This document shows, piece by piece, positions 9,931 to 19,559 of a DNA stretch of 64,000 bases. Position 1 is the stretch's first letter, and the number at the start of each line of letters is the position of its first letter. Below the pieces are notes generated by a model that was not told the origin of the DNA, did no database searches, and was given only the letters and a program-made list of their open reading frames with translations. This stretch comes from Deltaproteobacteria bacterium (GTDB lineage: Bacteria; Myxococcota_A; Polyangia; Polyangiales; Houyiibacteriaceae): assembly GCA_034670305.1 (NCBI GenBank), contig JAXMNT010000010.1:126885-190884 (forward strand). Direction: 5' to 3'. Made by a program: the position numbers and the translations under genes.

Positions 9931-11474
9931 AGGCTGTCCGCATCACCTTCGTCACGCTCGCGGCGCTGGCGCTCATCTGGGGGGGCTTGGCGCTCATCGC
10001 TTGGCTCAGCGGCGCGCTCGACGACCGCATCGCCTCGCTCGAACCAGAAGACGATCCTGCGGGCGCGACCGAGGATCCCGCCGTCGGCGCGGAGCCTGGC
10101 GACCCCGAGCCGGCGATCGATCCGGACCCGACGCCGGGCGATCCTCCGGCGGAAGGCCAGCCGCCCGAACCCGGCCCCGAAAACACCGAACCCGGACTTA
10201 CAGAACCTGGTGGGCCCGTGTTGCCTGCGCCCGCCGAACCGGCACCGCCGCCGGCCGTCACGCGCCGGTTCCGGGTGTGTGAGACCCCGACCGACATCGC
10301 GCACTCGATCGATCCGTTGGTCACCTTCGGGCAGCTCAGGCCCGGCGGCTTGCCGGAAGCCGTCGTCGCGTGCGCGGACCGTTTTGTCGTCGTGACCTTC
10401 CAGCGCCGCGGCGACGAAGTGCACGCCGCGGTGATCGCCGAAGCGAGCCAGACCTCGACCCGCAACATCCCCAAACACACCGGCCGAGCCGCCATCGGCG
10501 ACGTGACCGGCGACGGCCGCGCCGACATCGTCTTGCCGTTCTTCTTCCGCGCGAGCGGGGGCGGCTCCCGCGGTGGGCGTCTCGCGCTTTGGTCCGGCCG
10601 AGAAGACGGAACGTTCGGACCGCTCCGCGCGTTGCCGCAGCACACCTACCTCGCGGCCACGTTGTTCGAAGCCGACGGCCGACCGGGGCTCGAGATCTTC
10701 GCGCTCGATCGCGGTCGCCCGTGGGCCGACGAGGGCGGTGCGGTGCGCGTGCTCCGCGGCGGGCGGTCGCCCTCGCAGATCGCCCAGGCCAGCGCGTCGA
10801 AGTGGCCGGGGCCACCGGCGCTGCTCGACCTGGATCTCGACGGGCAACTCGACGCCGCGATCCCTGGCGAAGACGCGCTGCACTTGCACCAGAACGTCGC
10901 CAGCCGACGTTCGACCCGCACCGAACGAGCCGGTCATTGCCGCCAGGCCTACGCCGCCGACCTTGACGAAGACGGCCATCCGGACCTCGTCGTCTCCACC
11001 CACCATGGGCTCGAGTACGTGCTCGCCCGGGTGGGACTGAGCTTCGATGGGCTGGCGTTCGAGAGCCTCGTGCGGACCGACGACATCCTGAACGTTGCGG
11101 GCCACCTCGACCAAGACGGAGACGGGACCCGCGAGCTGATGGTGGTACGGGACCAGCGAGAAGGACGGGGCGGTCGCTGGTCCAAGGGCATCACGTTTCT
11201 CGATCGGGCGGGCAGCGGCTCGGATGCCACCTGGACCGTGCGCAACGGCTACTGGTTCTTCGGCCACGACGTCGACGAATCGGTGCACCTCGAAGACGAG
11301 GTCCTGATGGCGGCCGTCCGGCGCGGCGCGTTCGTGGATCTCACGGTCGTGATCCACCCGCGCTGGGGCGACGACCCTGATCCGTCCAACACCCTCTTCG
11401 ACTCGGATGCACAGCCCGAAGGACTGATCACGCTCACCGTGCCGCCGGAAGCCACCCGGACGTCGGTGCGCTAG
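9927..11474 (+). CDS. FG-GAP/VCBS-repeat membrane-anchored protein
   Basis: N-terminal TM, Pro-rich linker, GDVTGDGRADIV / DLDLDGQLD / ADLDEDGHPDLVV repeats; ATGA overlap with the upstream gene. Confidence 0.8.
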   Translation: MKAVRITFVTLAALALIWGGLALIAWLSGALDDRIASLEPEDDPAGATEDPAVGAEPGDPEPAIDPDPTPGDPPAEGQPPEPGPENTEPGLTEPGGPVLPAPAEPAPPPAVTRRFRVCETPTDIAHSIDPLVTFGQLRPGGLPEAVVACADRFVVVTFQRRGDEVHAAVIAEASQTSTRNIPKHTGRAAIGDVTGDGRADIVLPFFFRASGGGSRGGRLALWSGREDGTFGPLRALPQHTYLAATLFEADGRPGLEIFALDRGRPWADEGGAVRVLRGGRSPSQIAQASASKWPGPPALLDLDLDGQLDAAIPGEDALHLHQNVASRRSTRTERAGHCRQAYAADLDEDGHPDLVVSTHHGLEYVLARVGLSFDGLAFESLVRTDDILNVAGHLDQDGDGTRELMVVRDQREGRGGRWSKGITFLDRAGSGSDATWTVRNGYWFFGHDVDESVHLEDEVLMAAVRRGAFVDLTVVIHPRWGDDPDPSNTLFDSDAQPEGLITLTVPPEATRTSVR

Positions 11475-11788
11475 CAGGTCGCTGAAAAGCGACCTGCTCC
11501 CTTGCCGTTGCCCTTGCCCGTGCCCTTGCCCGCGTCGTGGACGCCGTGTGTTTCGCGACGGCGAGGCCGCGAATCGGAGCCCGATGCCCAGCGGACGAAG
11601 CCGCCGGGCATCGGTCGGTGCTACGCGGCGCAGCTCCGCAGCCGCGCGACGCGTAGGAGGTCGTCGCGATGCTCGTCGCGCTGATCAAGCGATCTGACCG
11701 CTGATCCGCGGGCAAGGGCAGGGGCAAGGGCAGGGGCAAGGGGCAGGGGCAAGGGGCAGGCTGCGGGCGTTCTTCAGCAGCCTGCTAG
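11471..11788. mobile_element. MITE-like element, copy 1 (CTAG-bounded, terminal inverted repeats)
   Basis: CTAGCAGG..GCTGAA ... TTCAGC..CCTGCTAG ends; inverted (CCCTTG)n/(GGGCAA)n arms; core nearly identical to the reverse complement of ~63780-64000. Confidence 0.7.
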
Positions 11789-11817
11789 CCTCACTCCGGT
11801 CCGGTAAGCCCCGTCAC

Positions 11818-12909
11818 TCAGAGCGGGAGCGGGTGTTCGAGCAGGCGCTCGAGCCCGGCGAGATCGCGGATGTCTTCGGCGCGCTCGGGCAGTGCCCACA
11901 ACTCGGCGGTGGGTGCGACCTCGTCGCGGAACACGCGGGCCATCTCGAACGCTGCGTCGTTCCCGTCCGCGACTTCTTCCCGAAGCGCGGCGAGCAACGC
12001 GCCGTCCGCGCCCGGAGGCGTGGCGCCGGAGCCATGGGTCACCGGCGCGCCGTCGAACGCCACGAACGCGCGGTTCATCAAGATGGTGTGCGCGGGCACG
12101 AGCCGGTCGGCGAGCTGCGCGCCGAGGTGGGTCGCGTCTTCCAGGCTGGCCTGGGACGGAGCGGCGACCAGCACGTACGCGGTGGAAGGATCCGCGAGCG
12201 TGCGGCGCACCCGATCGGCGCGCGCTTCGAATCCATCGCGGAGGTGCGAGAGCACGCGCAGAAACTCCACCAGCTCTTGCACGATGTCGTCGCCGGCGAG
12301 CCGCCCGAGCAGGCGCGTCGCGGCGGCGCCCCCGAGACTCGCGAGACGCGCGAAGCTCAATCCGCCCGTGTCGCGCTCCCGATCGAGCAACCAGCGCAGC
12401 ACGGACTCGTCCAGGAACGCGGAGAGCCGCGCGGGTGCGTCGAGGATGTCGAGCGCGCTCCGGGTCGGCGGCGTGTCGAGCACGATGAGGTCGTAGTCTT
12501 CGTCGAGCGCGTCGTGCAGCCGTTCTGCGGCGACGTACGCGTGCGAGCGCGCGAGGGTCCGGGAGAACGCTTGGTAGACGCGGTTGTCGAAGATGGCGTC
12601 GCGGGACTCGGCGTCGGTCAGGCGGGTGATGAGGGCGTCGAAGCTGGCTTTCGTATCCAGCATGGCCGCGTCGAGGTGTTCGGTGACCGAGCTCGCGGCG
12701 TCGCGGCTGCGATCGAGGGTGAGTCCCAGCGCATCCGCCAAGCGCTTGGCCGGGTCGATGGTGAGCACGAGCGTGCGCCGCCCCGCCCCTGCCGCGCGCA
12801 GTGCGAGCGCGGCCGCGGTCGTCGTCTTGCCGACGCCACCGGGACCGACGCACACCACGAGTCGGCGGTCGAGCAGGTCCGAGAACGGGTCCGGCGTCGG
12901 ATCAGGCAT
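11818..12909 (-). CDS. ArsA/Get3-family ATPase
   Basis: GPGGVGKTT, TIDPAKRLADALG, VLDTPPT. Confidence 0.9.
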   Translation of the reverse strand: MPDPTPDPFSDLLDRRLVVCVGPGGVGKTTTAAALALRAAGAGRRTLVLTIDPAKRLADALGLTLDRSRDAASSVTEHLDAAMLDTKASFDALITRLTDAESRDAIFDNRVYQAFSRTLARSHAYVAAERLHDALDEDYDLIVLDTPPTRSALDILDAPARLSAFLDESVLRWLLDRERDTGGLSFARLASLGGAAATRLLGRLAGDDIVQELVEFLRVLSHLRDGFEARADRVRRTLADPSTAYVLVAAPSQASLEDATHLGAQLADRLVPAHTILMNRAFVAFDGAPVTHGSGATPPGADGALLAALREEVADGNDAAFEMARVFRDEVAPTAELWALPERAEDIRDLAGLERLLEHPLPL

Positions 12910-13789
12910 CGGCGAACATCCGGGCCGAGAGCTCGGCACCCGTCGCGCGGAGCAACGCGTGGTCGGCGCCTGCGTGAAACGCCGGGTTCTCGTCCAGCAC
13001 CACCATGGGGCGATCGATCCGCGCCAACACCTGGGCGACCGCAGCTTCGGCTTGGGTCCGTCGCAGCGCGGCGCGTTCGCCAACCGCCACCTCGACGGGG
13101 AAGTCTTCTCGCAGCGCGTCGTAGTCGACGGCCGGCGCGGGCGCAGGCATGCGGTTGAGCACGATCGATCCGAGACGAACCCGCGGGCCGGCCGAGAGCG
13201 CGGCATCGAGCTCGAGCAGCTCCTGGGCGGGGAGCGGCGCCGGCAACCCCACCAGGTGCAGCACGGTCGACGGATCACGCAGCAGGCTCGTGGTGCGTTC
13301 GAGCAACTCCGCGAGTGGACCGGTCTTCGCCAGCCCCTCGAACACCTGCGGCAAAGACAGGAACATCATCGCGTGCCCGGTCGCGTCGAGGTCGACCAGA
13401 ATCGGATCGAAGCGGCCCGATGCACGCAGACGATCGAGTTTGTCGAGGGTCACCACTTCGGTCACCGCGGGGGCCGCGTGCAGAAGCGCCGCGAGGGTGG
13501 TCTGCCGCACGATGCGTCGCGCGAGCGCGCGGATCCGCACCTGGGTCGCGACGTAGTCTTCGATCGCGTCGGTGGCGACCATGTTCATGGCGAACACCCC
13601 GTGACCGATGTCGCGTGGGGTGAAGTCGATGGGCTTCTTCGGCCGGAAGAGCGACTCCATCGTCGCCCGATGACCGAGTTCCACGACCAGCGGCGTCTGG
13701 CCTGCGTCGGCGGCCGCGAGCGCCAACGAGGCCACCACAGTGGACTTGCCGACCCCGCCTTTGCCCGTGAAGAGCCGCAGCGTCACCAC
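12902..13789 (-). CDS. ArsA/Get3-family ATPase (paralog)
   Basis: FTGKGGVGKST, LVDLDATGH; 8-nt overlap with the downstream paralog; GTG start at 13789 or 13786. Confidence 0.85.
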   Translation of the reverse strand: MVTLRLFTGKGGVGKSTVVASLALAAADAGQTPLVVELGHRATMESLFRPKKPIDFTPRDIGHGVFAMNMVATDAIEDYVATQVRIRALARRIVRQTTLAALLHAAPAVTEVVTLDKLDRLRASGRFDPILVDLDATGHAMMFLSLPQVFEGLAKTGPLAELLERTTSLLRDPSTVLHLVGLPAPLPAQELLELDAALSAGPRVRLGSIVLNRMPAPAPAVDYDALREDFPVEVAVGERAALRRTQAEAAVAQVLARIDRPMVVLDENPAFHAGADHALLRATGAELSARMFADA

Positions 13790-13799
13790 GCACCCCGGC

Positions 13800-13871
13800 T
13801 GCACTGGGCGACCTGTCTGCACTGGGCGACCTGTCTGCACTGGGCGACCCGTGTGCACTGGGCGACCTGTC
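13800..13871. repeat. 18-nt tandem repeat x4 (TGCACTGGGCGACCTGTC)
   Basis: Three identical units and one variant, no spacers. Confidence 0.95.
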
Positions 13872-14057
13872 TGTACCCGTCGACTCGGCTGCGCGCGCCG
13901 ACCTGGCCTTCGTCCGGCCGGACGGCGGATGGGCCAAGGTGCACTGCGTCGCGAACAAACACCGCGGGCCTGTAGCAGCCTATCCACCCGAGCACGAGGG
14001 ACCGCCCACCGCGGCGCGCATGGCGCCCCTACCGAAGCGTGCTACTTCCCGCCCGCC

Positions 14058-15884
14058 ATGGAGCCCACCCCCAAAGACAAGCTGCGAAACATCGCGATCA
14101 TTGCCCACGTCGACCACGGAAAGACGACGTTGGTGGACGCGATGCTCCGCCAAACCGGCGCTTTCCGCGCGGGGGAAGAGGTGCAGGACCGCGTTCTGGA
14201 CTCGAACGATCTCGAGCGCGAGCGCGGCATCACGATCCTGGCGAAGCACGCGTCCGTGCGATGGCAGGACTACAAGATCAACATCATCGACACGCCCGGA
14301 CACGCCGATTTCGGCGGGGAAGTCGAACGAACCTTGCGCATGGCCGACGGAGCGCTCTTGCTCGTCGACGCCGCCGAAGGCCCGCTCCCGCAGACCCGCT
14401 TCGTGCTCGGCAAGTGCATCGAGCTCGGCATGCCGGTGGTGGTCGTCGTGAACAAGATCGACCGCAAGGACGCGCGTCCGAACGAAGCGCTCGACGAGGT
14501 GTTCGACCTCTTCTGCGATCTCGGTGCCTCCGACGAACAAGCGGATTTCGCGACGGTCTTCGCGATCGGCAAAGACGGCATCGCACAGCACAAACACGAC
14601 GTGCCCGGCACGGATCTCGTGCCGCTCTTCGAAGCGATCGTCGACCGAGTGCCCGCCCCGAAGGAGGATCCGGACGCGCCGCTCCAGTTCCTGGTGCACA
14701 ACACCATTCACGACGACTACGTCGGCAAACTCGCCATCGGCCGCCTCTGGGCCGGCCGCATCGTCGCGCGCCAGAAGGTGACGATGATCGGCGAAGAGAA
14801 GTCGAGCGACCACGAGATCGGCACGCTCTGGGGCTTCGAGCAGATGGACCGCGTGCGGATCGAGTCGGCCTCCGCTGGCGACATCGTGGCCGTCAGTGGT
14901 CTGCCGGACGTCACGATCGGCGACACGCTGGCCGACCCCGCGACGGCGGTCCCGCTTCCCCGCATCAAGGTCGAAGAACCGACCATCCAGGTTCAGTTCC
15001 GCGTCAACACGTCGCCGCTCGCTGGGCTCTCCGGCAAGTACGTGACCTCGCGTCACGTGCGCGAGCGTCTCTTCAAAGAAGCCGAGCGCAACATCGCGCT
15101 TCGCGTCGAAGAGACGGACGATCCGGAAGCGTTCCGGGTGCTCGGCCGCGGTGAGTTGATGCTCTCCATCCTCGCCGAGACGATGCGGCGCGAGGGCTAC
15201 GAGCTCGCGATGGCCATGCCCGAAGTGGTCGTCAAAGAAGTCGACGGCAAGAAGTTCGAGCCGTACGAGCGGGTGACCGTCGACGTCGACGAGGCCCACG
15301 TGGGCGCCGTCACCCAGGCGCTCGGCGAGCGCAAAGGCCAGATGGAAGCGATGAACAACCTCGGCTTCGGCCGGGCGCGCATCGAGTACCGGCTTCCGGC
15401 GCGTGGGCTGATTGGCTTCCGCTCCATCTTCCTCACGATGACGCGCGGCAGCGGCCTGTTGAACTCGATGTTCGACGGCTGGGAGCCGTACCTCGGACCG
15501 ATGCTTCGCCGCACCAACGGCGCGCTCGTGTGCGATCGCAAGGGCACGACCACCCCGTACGCGCTCTTTCACCTGCAGCCGCGCGGCGTGCTCTTCGTGA
15601 CCAACGGCACCGCGGTCTACGAGGGCATGATCATCGGCGGCCACAACCGACCGAACGACCTCGACGTCAACGCGACGCGCGAGAAGAAGCTCAACAACAT
15701 CCGCGCGGCTGGCAAAGACGAGAACGTCATTCTCACCCCGCCGGTCGATCACACCATCGAGTCTGCGCTCGAGTGGATCGACCAGGACGAACTGGTGGAG
15801 ATCACCCCGGAAGCGATCCGCATCCGGAAGAAGGTGCTCGACATCAGCCGCCGTCCCCGCCGCGACGGCAAAAAGAAGAAGTAG
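14058..15884 (+). CDS. typA: Translational GTPase TypA/BipA
   Basis: [55 protein letters not shown]. Confidence 0.97.
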   Translation: MEPTPKDKLRNIAIIAHVDHGKTTLVDAMLRQTGAFRAGEEVQDRVLDSNDLERERGITILAKHASVRWQDYKINIIDTPGHADFGGEVERTLRMADGALLLVDAAEGPLPQTRFVLGKCIELGMPVVVVVNKIDRKDARPNEALDEVFDLFCDLGASDEQADFATVFAIGKDGIAQHKHDVPGTDLVPLFEAIVDRVPAPKEDPDAPLQFLVHNTIHDDYVGKLAIGRLWAGRIVARQKVTMIGEEKSSDHEIGTLWGFEQMDRVRIESASAGDIVAVSGLPDVTIGDTLADPATAVPLPRIKVEEPTIQVQFRVNTSPLAGLSGKYVTSRHVRERLFKEAERNIALRVEETDDPEAFRVLGRGELMLSILAETMRREGYELAMAMPEVVVKEVDGKKFEPYERVTVDVDEAHVGAVTQALGERKGQMEAMNNLGFGRARIEYRLPARGLIGFRSIFLTMTRGSGLLNSMFDGWEPYLGPMLRRTNGALVCDRKGTTTPYALFHLQPRGVLFVTNGTAVYEGMIIGGHNRPNDLDVNATREKKLNNIRAAGKDENVILTPPVDHTIESALEWIDQDELVEITPEAIRIRKKVLDISRRPRRDGKKKK

Positions 15885-15902
15885 GCTTTCTTGCTTTCGT
15901 TG

Positions 15903-16024
15903 CGGGCCTGGCTCGCTTCGCGAGACTGGCGGCCCTAAGTCGCGCCCGTAGCGGGCGTGCTCGTTTCGCTGGACTGGCGGCCTGCGTGCTCGCTTCGCTC
16001 GACGGGCGTGGCTCGCTTCGCTCG
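15903..16024. repeat. REP-like palindrome cluster (GCTCGCTTCGC x4)
   Basis: 35-nt unit at 15903-15937 is identical to the reverse complement of 54304-54338; lies between convergent genes. Confidence 0.75.
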
Positions 16025-16037
16025 GCTGGCGCCTTAC

Positions 16038-17393
16038 CTACTTCGCGAGGTTCATGTTCACGTAGGCGCTCTCGTCCGTGACCTCGCGGACCAGGTGCGG
16101 CTGCAGCCAGGCGGGGATCGCGGGCACCGCGTTCGCGTTCGTGAGTTCGACTTCCGCGAGCACCAGATCTCGGTCGAGGAACTCGTCGATCTCCCAGGAC
16201 CGTTCGCCGACCCGCACGGTGTACCGGCGCTTGTGAACCCGCGCGCCCGCGGTCGCAGGCCAGAGCTGCTCGAAGAGCGCTTCGTCGATGTCTTCTTCCA
16301 CTTCGATGCGCTGGATGCCGCGGCCGGCTTTTAGGGTGCGGCGATAGCGCGCGTCGGCGCCTTGGCCGATCTTCCGCAACCGCTCTCGGATCTCTCCGCC
16401 CGGTACGTACCCTTGAACCAGCTCCTTCACGGGGTGGGTGCGCACTTCGTCGGGCACGCTGCGCAGCAGGTACTTGCGTTCCACTTCGACTTGGCGGGTC
16501 TGGTCGAGCCGGCGGGCGAGCGCTTCGATCTGGTCGGTGAGGTTGGCGAGCGCGAGCGGGGTTCCGAACCGCTCGAGGTAGGTCGCGAACACCGCGCCCG
16601 CGTGCTGCGCCGACCGAAGCTGAATCGCGTCGAGCCCATCGTGCAGACCGTGGCGAAGCCGGTACTCGTCGACGGCGCGCCCAAGGTTCGCCATGTCGTT
16701 CAGTGAACCGAGCAGGTCCTGCAGTTCCTTGAGCCGAGCGACGATCGGCGCGGCGCCGGGTGCGTGTGCACAAATCGGCTCGAGCACGTACCGCAGCCGC
16801 TTGCCCTCGATGCGGGCATCGTGGATGGCCTCCGCATCCGAGGGCGCGTCGATGCGCTCGAGTGCGCACAACAGTTCGGCGAGCTGCCGACGCGCGGTGC
16901 CCGCGACCACCGTGCCGTAGGTGTCTTCGTCGTCGAGGTGGGCGAAGAGCGGCACCGCCATCCAAGAGAGGCCCGTCCGCAGAGCAGGTTCGAGCGCACG
17001 GAACTGGCGCACCGCTTTGTCCGCTTTGGGTTGGGTGCCCTCCGCAAGCGACGCAACGAACGCATCGACCCCCGCTTGCTCCGCCTCCGAGAACGTCTGC
17101 CCAGCGATCCAGGCGCGTTGAACGTCCGCGTCCCGGGCACCACCGGTGCGGCGCTGAACTTTCTGGAGCGCACCCATCACCGAAACGTCGAGCACGTCTT
17201 GCAGGTGGCGGGCATGCAAGCGTCCCAGGGTCCGCAACCGCCGCACCGCGACCCGGAGATCGTGGAGCGCTTCTTCTTCACCGCGCTTGCGGTACCGGCG
17301 CGCGGCGCGGCGGCCCGCTTCGAGTATGGTGAGGGACGCCCGACGGGTGCCTTCGTCGGGGCTACGGTGGAGCAGGTCGTCCGGTAGATCCAT
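16038..17393 (-). CDS. CHAD + CYTH domain protein (polyphosphate-related)
   Basis: CHAD: LHDLRVAVRRLR, IHDARIEGKRLRY, LQDLLG.LND. CYTH: EVERKYLL, QGY, KRRY, WEIDEF, LAEVEL. Confidence 0.9.
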   Translation of the reverse strand: MDLPDDLLHRSPDEGTRRASLTILEAGRRAARRYRKRGEEEALHDLRVAVRRLRTLGRLHARHLQDVLDVSVMGALQKVQRRTGGARDADVQRAWIAGQTFSEAEQAGVDAFVASLAEGTQPKADKAVRQFRALEPALRTGLSWMAVPLFAHLDDEDTYGTVVAGTARRQLAELLCALERIDAPSDAEAIHDARIEGKRLRYVLEPICAHAPGAAPIVARLKELQDLLGSLNDMANLGRAVDEYRLRHGLHDGLDAIQLRSAQHAGAVFATYLERFGTPLALANLTDQIEALARRLDQTRQVEVERKYLLRSVPDEVRTHPVKELVQGYVPGGEIRERLRKIGQGADARYRRTLKAGRGIQRIEVEEDIDEALFEQLWPATAGARVHKRRYTVRVGERSWEIDEFLDRDLVLAEVELTNANAVPAIPAWLQPHLVREVTDESAYVNMNLAK

Positions 17394-17478
17394 GCCGCAA
17401 GTGTGCGTCATGCGGGCCGCACGACAACTCCGTCGTCTTCGTTGTCACGAAGGCCGAGACTGCTATGGTCGCCGCCGC

Positions 17479-17835
17479 ATGAAGTACGCCGTTCCTCATG
17501 ATCTCGACCTCCCGACCGCACGCAAGGCGGCCGAGAAGGCGTTCGCTTCCTACGCCATTCGTTTCGCCCAGTATCAGCCCAAGGCGAACTGGCCGACCGA
17601 CACGCACTGCGATGTCTCGTTCACGGTCAAAGGTCTGAAGCTCGAGGGCACGATCGACCTCGAGCCGAAGGCGATCGACCTGGACCTCGACGTGCCGTTT
17701 CTGTTTCGGCCGTTCAAGTCCCGCGCGCTCGCGAAGATCGAAGAAGAGATCGAGAAGTGGATCCAGAAGGCCAAAGACGGCCGCCTCGACGATCCGCTCG
17801 ACGCCGTGGCCGAGCCCGACGACGAGTCGGAGTAG
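17479..17835 (+). CDS. Polyhydroxyalkanoic-acid-system (PHA granule region) family small protein
   Basis: VPHDL...A...; LDVPFLFRPFK..A...IEEEIEKW. Confidence 0.65.
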   Translation: MKYAVPHDLDLPTARKAAEKAFASYAIRFAQYQPKANWPTDTHCDVSFTVKGLKLEGTIDLEPKAIDLDLDVPFLFRPFKSRALAKIEEEIEKWIQKAKDGRLDDPLDAVAEPDDESE

Positions 17836-17924
17836 TCGGCGCAAGCGCCGAACAGCGACTTGGCAGCCGGCTGGTGGTCGACCAGCTTTGAGCTACCAGG
17901 GACCCCGCCCCCGCTGCACCCAAG

Positions 17925-17961
17925 GGGGCAAGGGCAGGGGCAAGGGCAAGGGCAAGGGGCA
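17925..17961. repeat. (GGGCAA/GGGGCA)n short tract
   Basis: Same unit as the MITE arms; between convergent genes. Confidence 0.8.
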
Positions 17962-17967
17962 GCAGGT

Positions 17968-19404
17968 CTACGACCTGCTGCAGGCCACCATCGGAAGACC
18001 GTTCTTCGGGCGCAGGGTGATCACCGGCTCCGGTTCCACCGGGTGGCCTGGAATCAAATCGAGACGCCACTTCCGCACGATGGTCGCGAGCACGAGCTGC
18101 ATCTCCATCATGGCGAAGTGGTTGCCGATGCAGAGGCGCGGTCCACCGCCGAACGGAAAGTAGGCGAAGCGGTGACGGCCTTCGGAGCGGGCCTTGGAGA
18201 AGCGTCCCGGATCGAATCCTTCAGGGTCCTCCCAGTGGTCCGGGTGCCGATGCACGATCCACGGGCTGGTGAAGATCAGGCTGCGCGCCGGCATGAAGTA
18301 GCCGCCGAGCGTGGTGTCCTCGAGCGGTGATCGCGTCGTCATCCAGGCCGGCGGGTACAGCCGCATGGCTTCCTGCATGACCTGCTTGGTGAACTCGAGC
18401 TTCGGCACATCGGCCACCGTCGCGCGGCGGTCGCCGAGCACCGAATGCACTTCGGCCGCCAGCTCACGCGCCACCGACGGGCTCTTGCTCAGAAGGTAGA
18501 GCGCCCAGCTCAGTGCGTTCGCGGTGGTCTCGTGGCCAGCGAGGAACATCGTCATGACTTCGTCGCGCAGCTGCATGTCGTCCATGCGTTCGCCGGTGTC
18601 GAGGTCTTCGGCTTCCATGAACATGGCCAGAAGATCGTCCTTGGGCGGTTTGCCTTCGGACCGGTCGCGGCGGCGTTCCGCGATCATGTTGAGCACGATC
18701 CGGTCGAGCGTCGCCATGGCGCGCTGGAACTGCAGATTGCGTGGGGTGGGCATGGGCGGACCGATGTCGACCAAGCGGTTCACCCGCATGTTGACGTCCT
18801 CGACGATCACCGAGACCGCCTTGCCCACCGCCTCCGCATCCTTGGTCACATCGGTGCTGAGCAGTGTCTCTCCGACGATGCGCAGGGTGACCTTCATCAT
18901 CTCTTGGTGTGCGTCGATCGGCATGCCGTCGCGCCACGAACCGACCATGTCTTCGGCTGCGTCGACCATGCGTTCTGCGAAACTCGCGAGCCGACGTTTG
19001 GCAAACGCTGGCTGTGCGATGCGCCGTTGTCGCAGCCAGAACTCTCCCTCGCTCGTCAGCAGCCCACGCCCGAGCACCAAGCGAAGTTTGTGTACGCCGC
19101 GGGTGGCCTTGCCGAACTCGCGGTTGCGCTTGTGGAAGACCTCTTCGACCAGCGCCGGGTCGGCGACGATGTGCGCGTTGATCGACCCGAAGCGCAGTCG
19201 AACCACGTCTCCATGCTCCTGGCGCATCGCGAGGATCGCCCGCAACCGATCGGTGCCGCTCGAGAACTGCTTCAAGTGTCCGAGGAACGGAAGCGCGCCC
19301 GGTGGGGTCGGGGCCAGCCGCGCGCCCGGCGGCGGGCGGAGCGACCCACGCATCGCGTGATCGAGCGACTCGATGCCCCGATGGCCAGAGGGCACCTTCG
19401 ACAT
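17968..19404 (-). CDS. Cytochrome P450
   Basis: AGHETT, EAMR, FDPGRF, FGGGPRLCIG; start uncertain (19353/19404/19482). Confidence 0.95.
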   Translation of the reverse strand: MSKVPSGHRGIESLDHAMRGSLRPPPGARLAPTPPGALPFLGHLKQFSSGTDRLRAILAMRQEHGDVVRLRFGSINAHIVADPALVEEVFHKRNREFGKATRGVHKLRLVLGRGLLTSEGEFWLRQRRIAQPAFAKRRLASFAERMVDAAEDMVGSWRDGMPIDAHQEMMKVTLRIVGETLLSTDVTKDAEAVGKAVSVIVEDVNMRVNRLVDIGPPMPTPRNLQFQRAMATLDRIVLNMIAERRRDRSEGKPPKDDLLAMFMEAEDLDTGERMDDMQLRDEVMTMFLAGHETTANALSWALYLLSKSPSVARELAAEVHSVLGDRRATVADVPKLEFTKQVMQEAMRLYPPAWMTTRSPLEDTTLGGYFMPARSLIFTSPWIVHRHPDHWEDPEGFDPGRFSKARSEGRHRFAYFPFGGGPRLCIGNHFAMMEMQLVLATIVRKWRLDLIPGHPVEPEPVITLRPKNGLPMVACSRS

Positions 19405-19511
19405 CCGCGCCCGCTCGAGGGCCATCTCACGGGCTCGGGAGTCGCCGGCGAAGGGAGCAAGGAGGGAAGGAGCGCGCTGCATGGGATGGCCTCAGAGGGG
19501 AGCGAAGGGGG

Positions 19512-19554
19512 TTGACGTGGGTCCAAATGAGAATCAGAATCGGATTCTGGTTCT
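19512..19554 (+). promoter_or_regulatory. Sigma70-like promoter overlapped by a palindromic operator
   Basis: TTGACG-N17-CAGAAT; AGAATCAGAATC-G-GATTCTGGTTCT (19530-19554, 11/12 symmetric) between divergent P450 and TetR. Confidence 0.65.
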
Positions 19555-19559
19555 GAATC

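Noticed and set aside
13800-13871. CRISPR array
   Set aside because: Repeats are contiguous with no spacers, and no cas genes are present.
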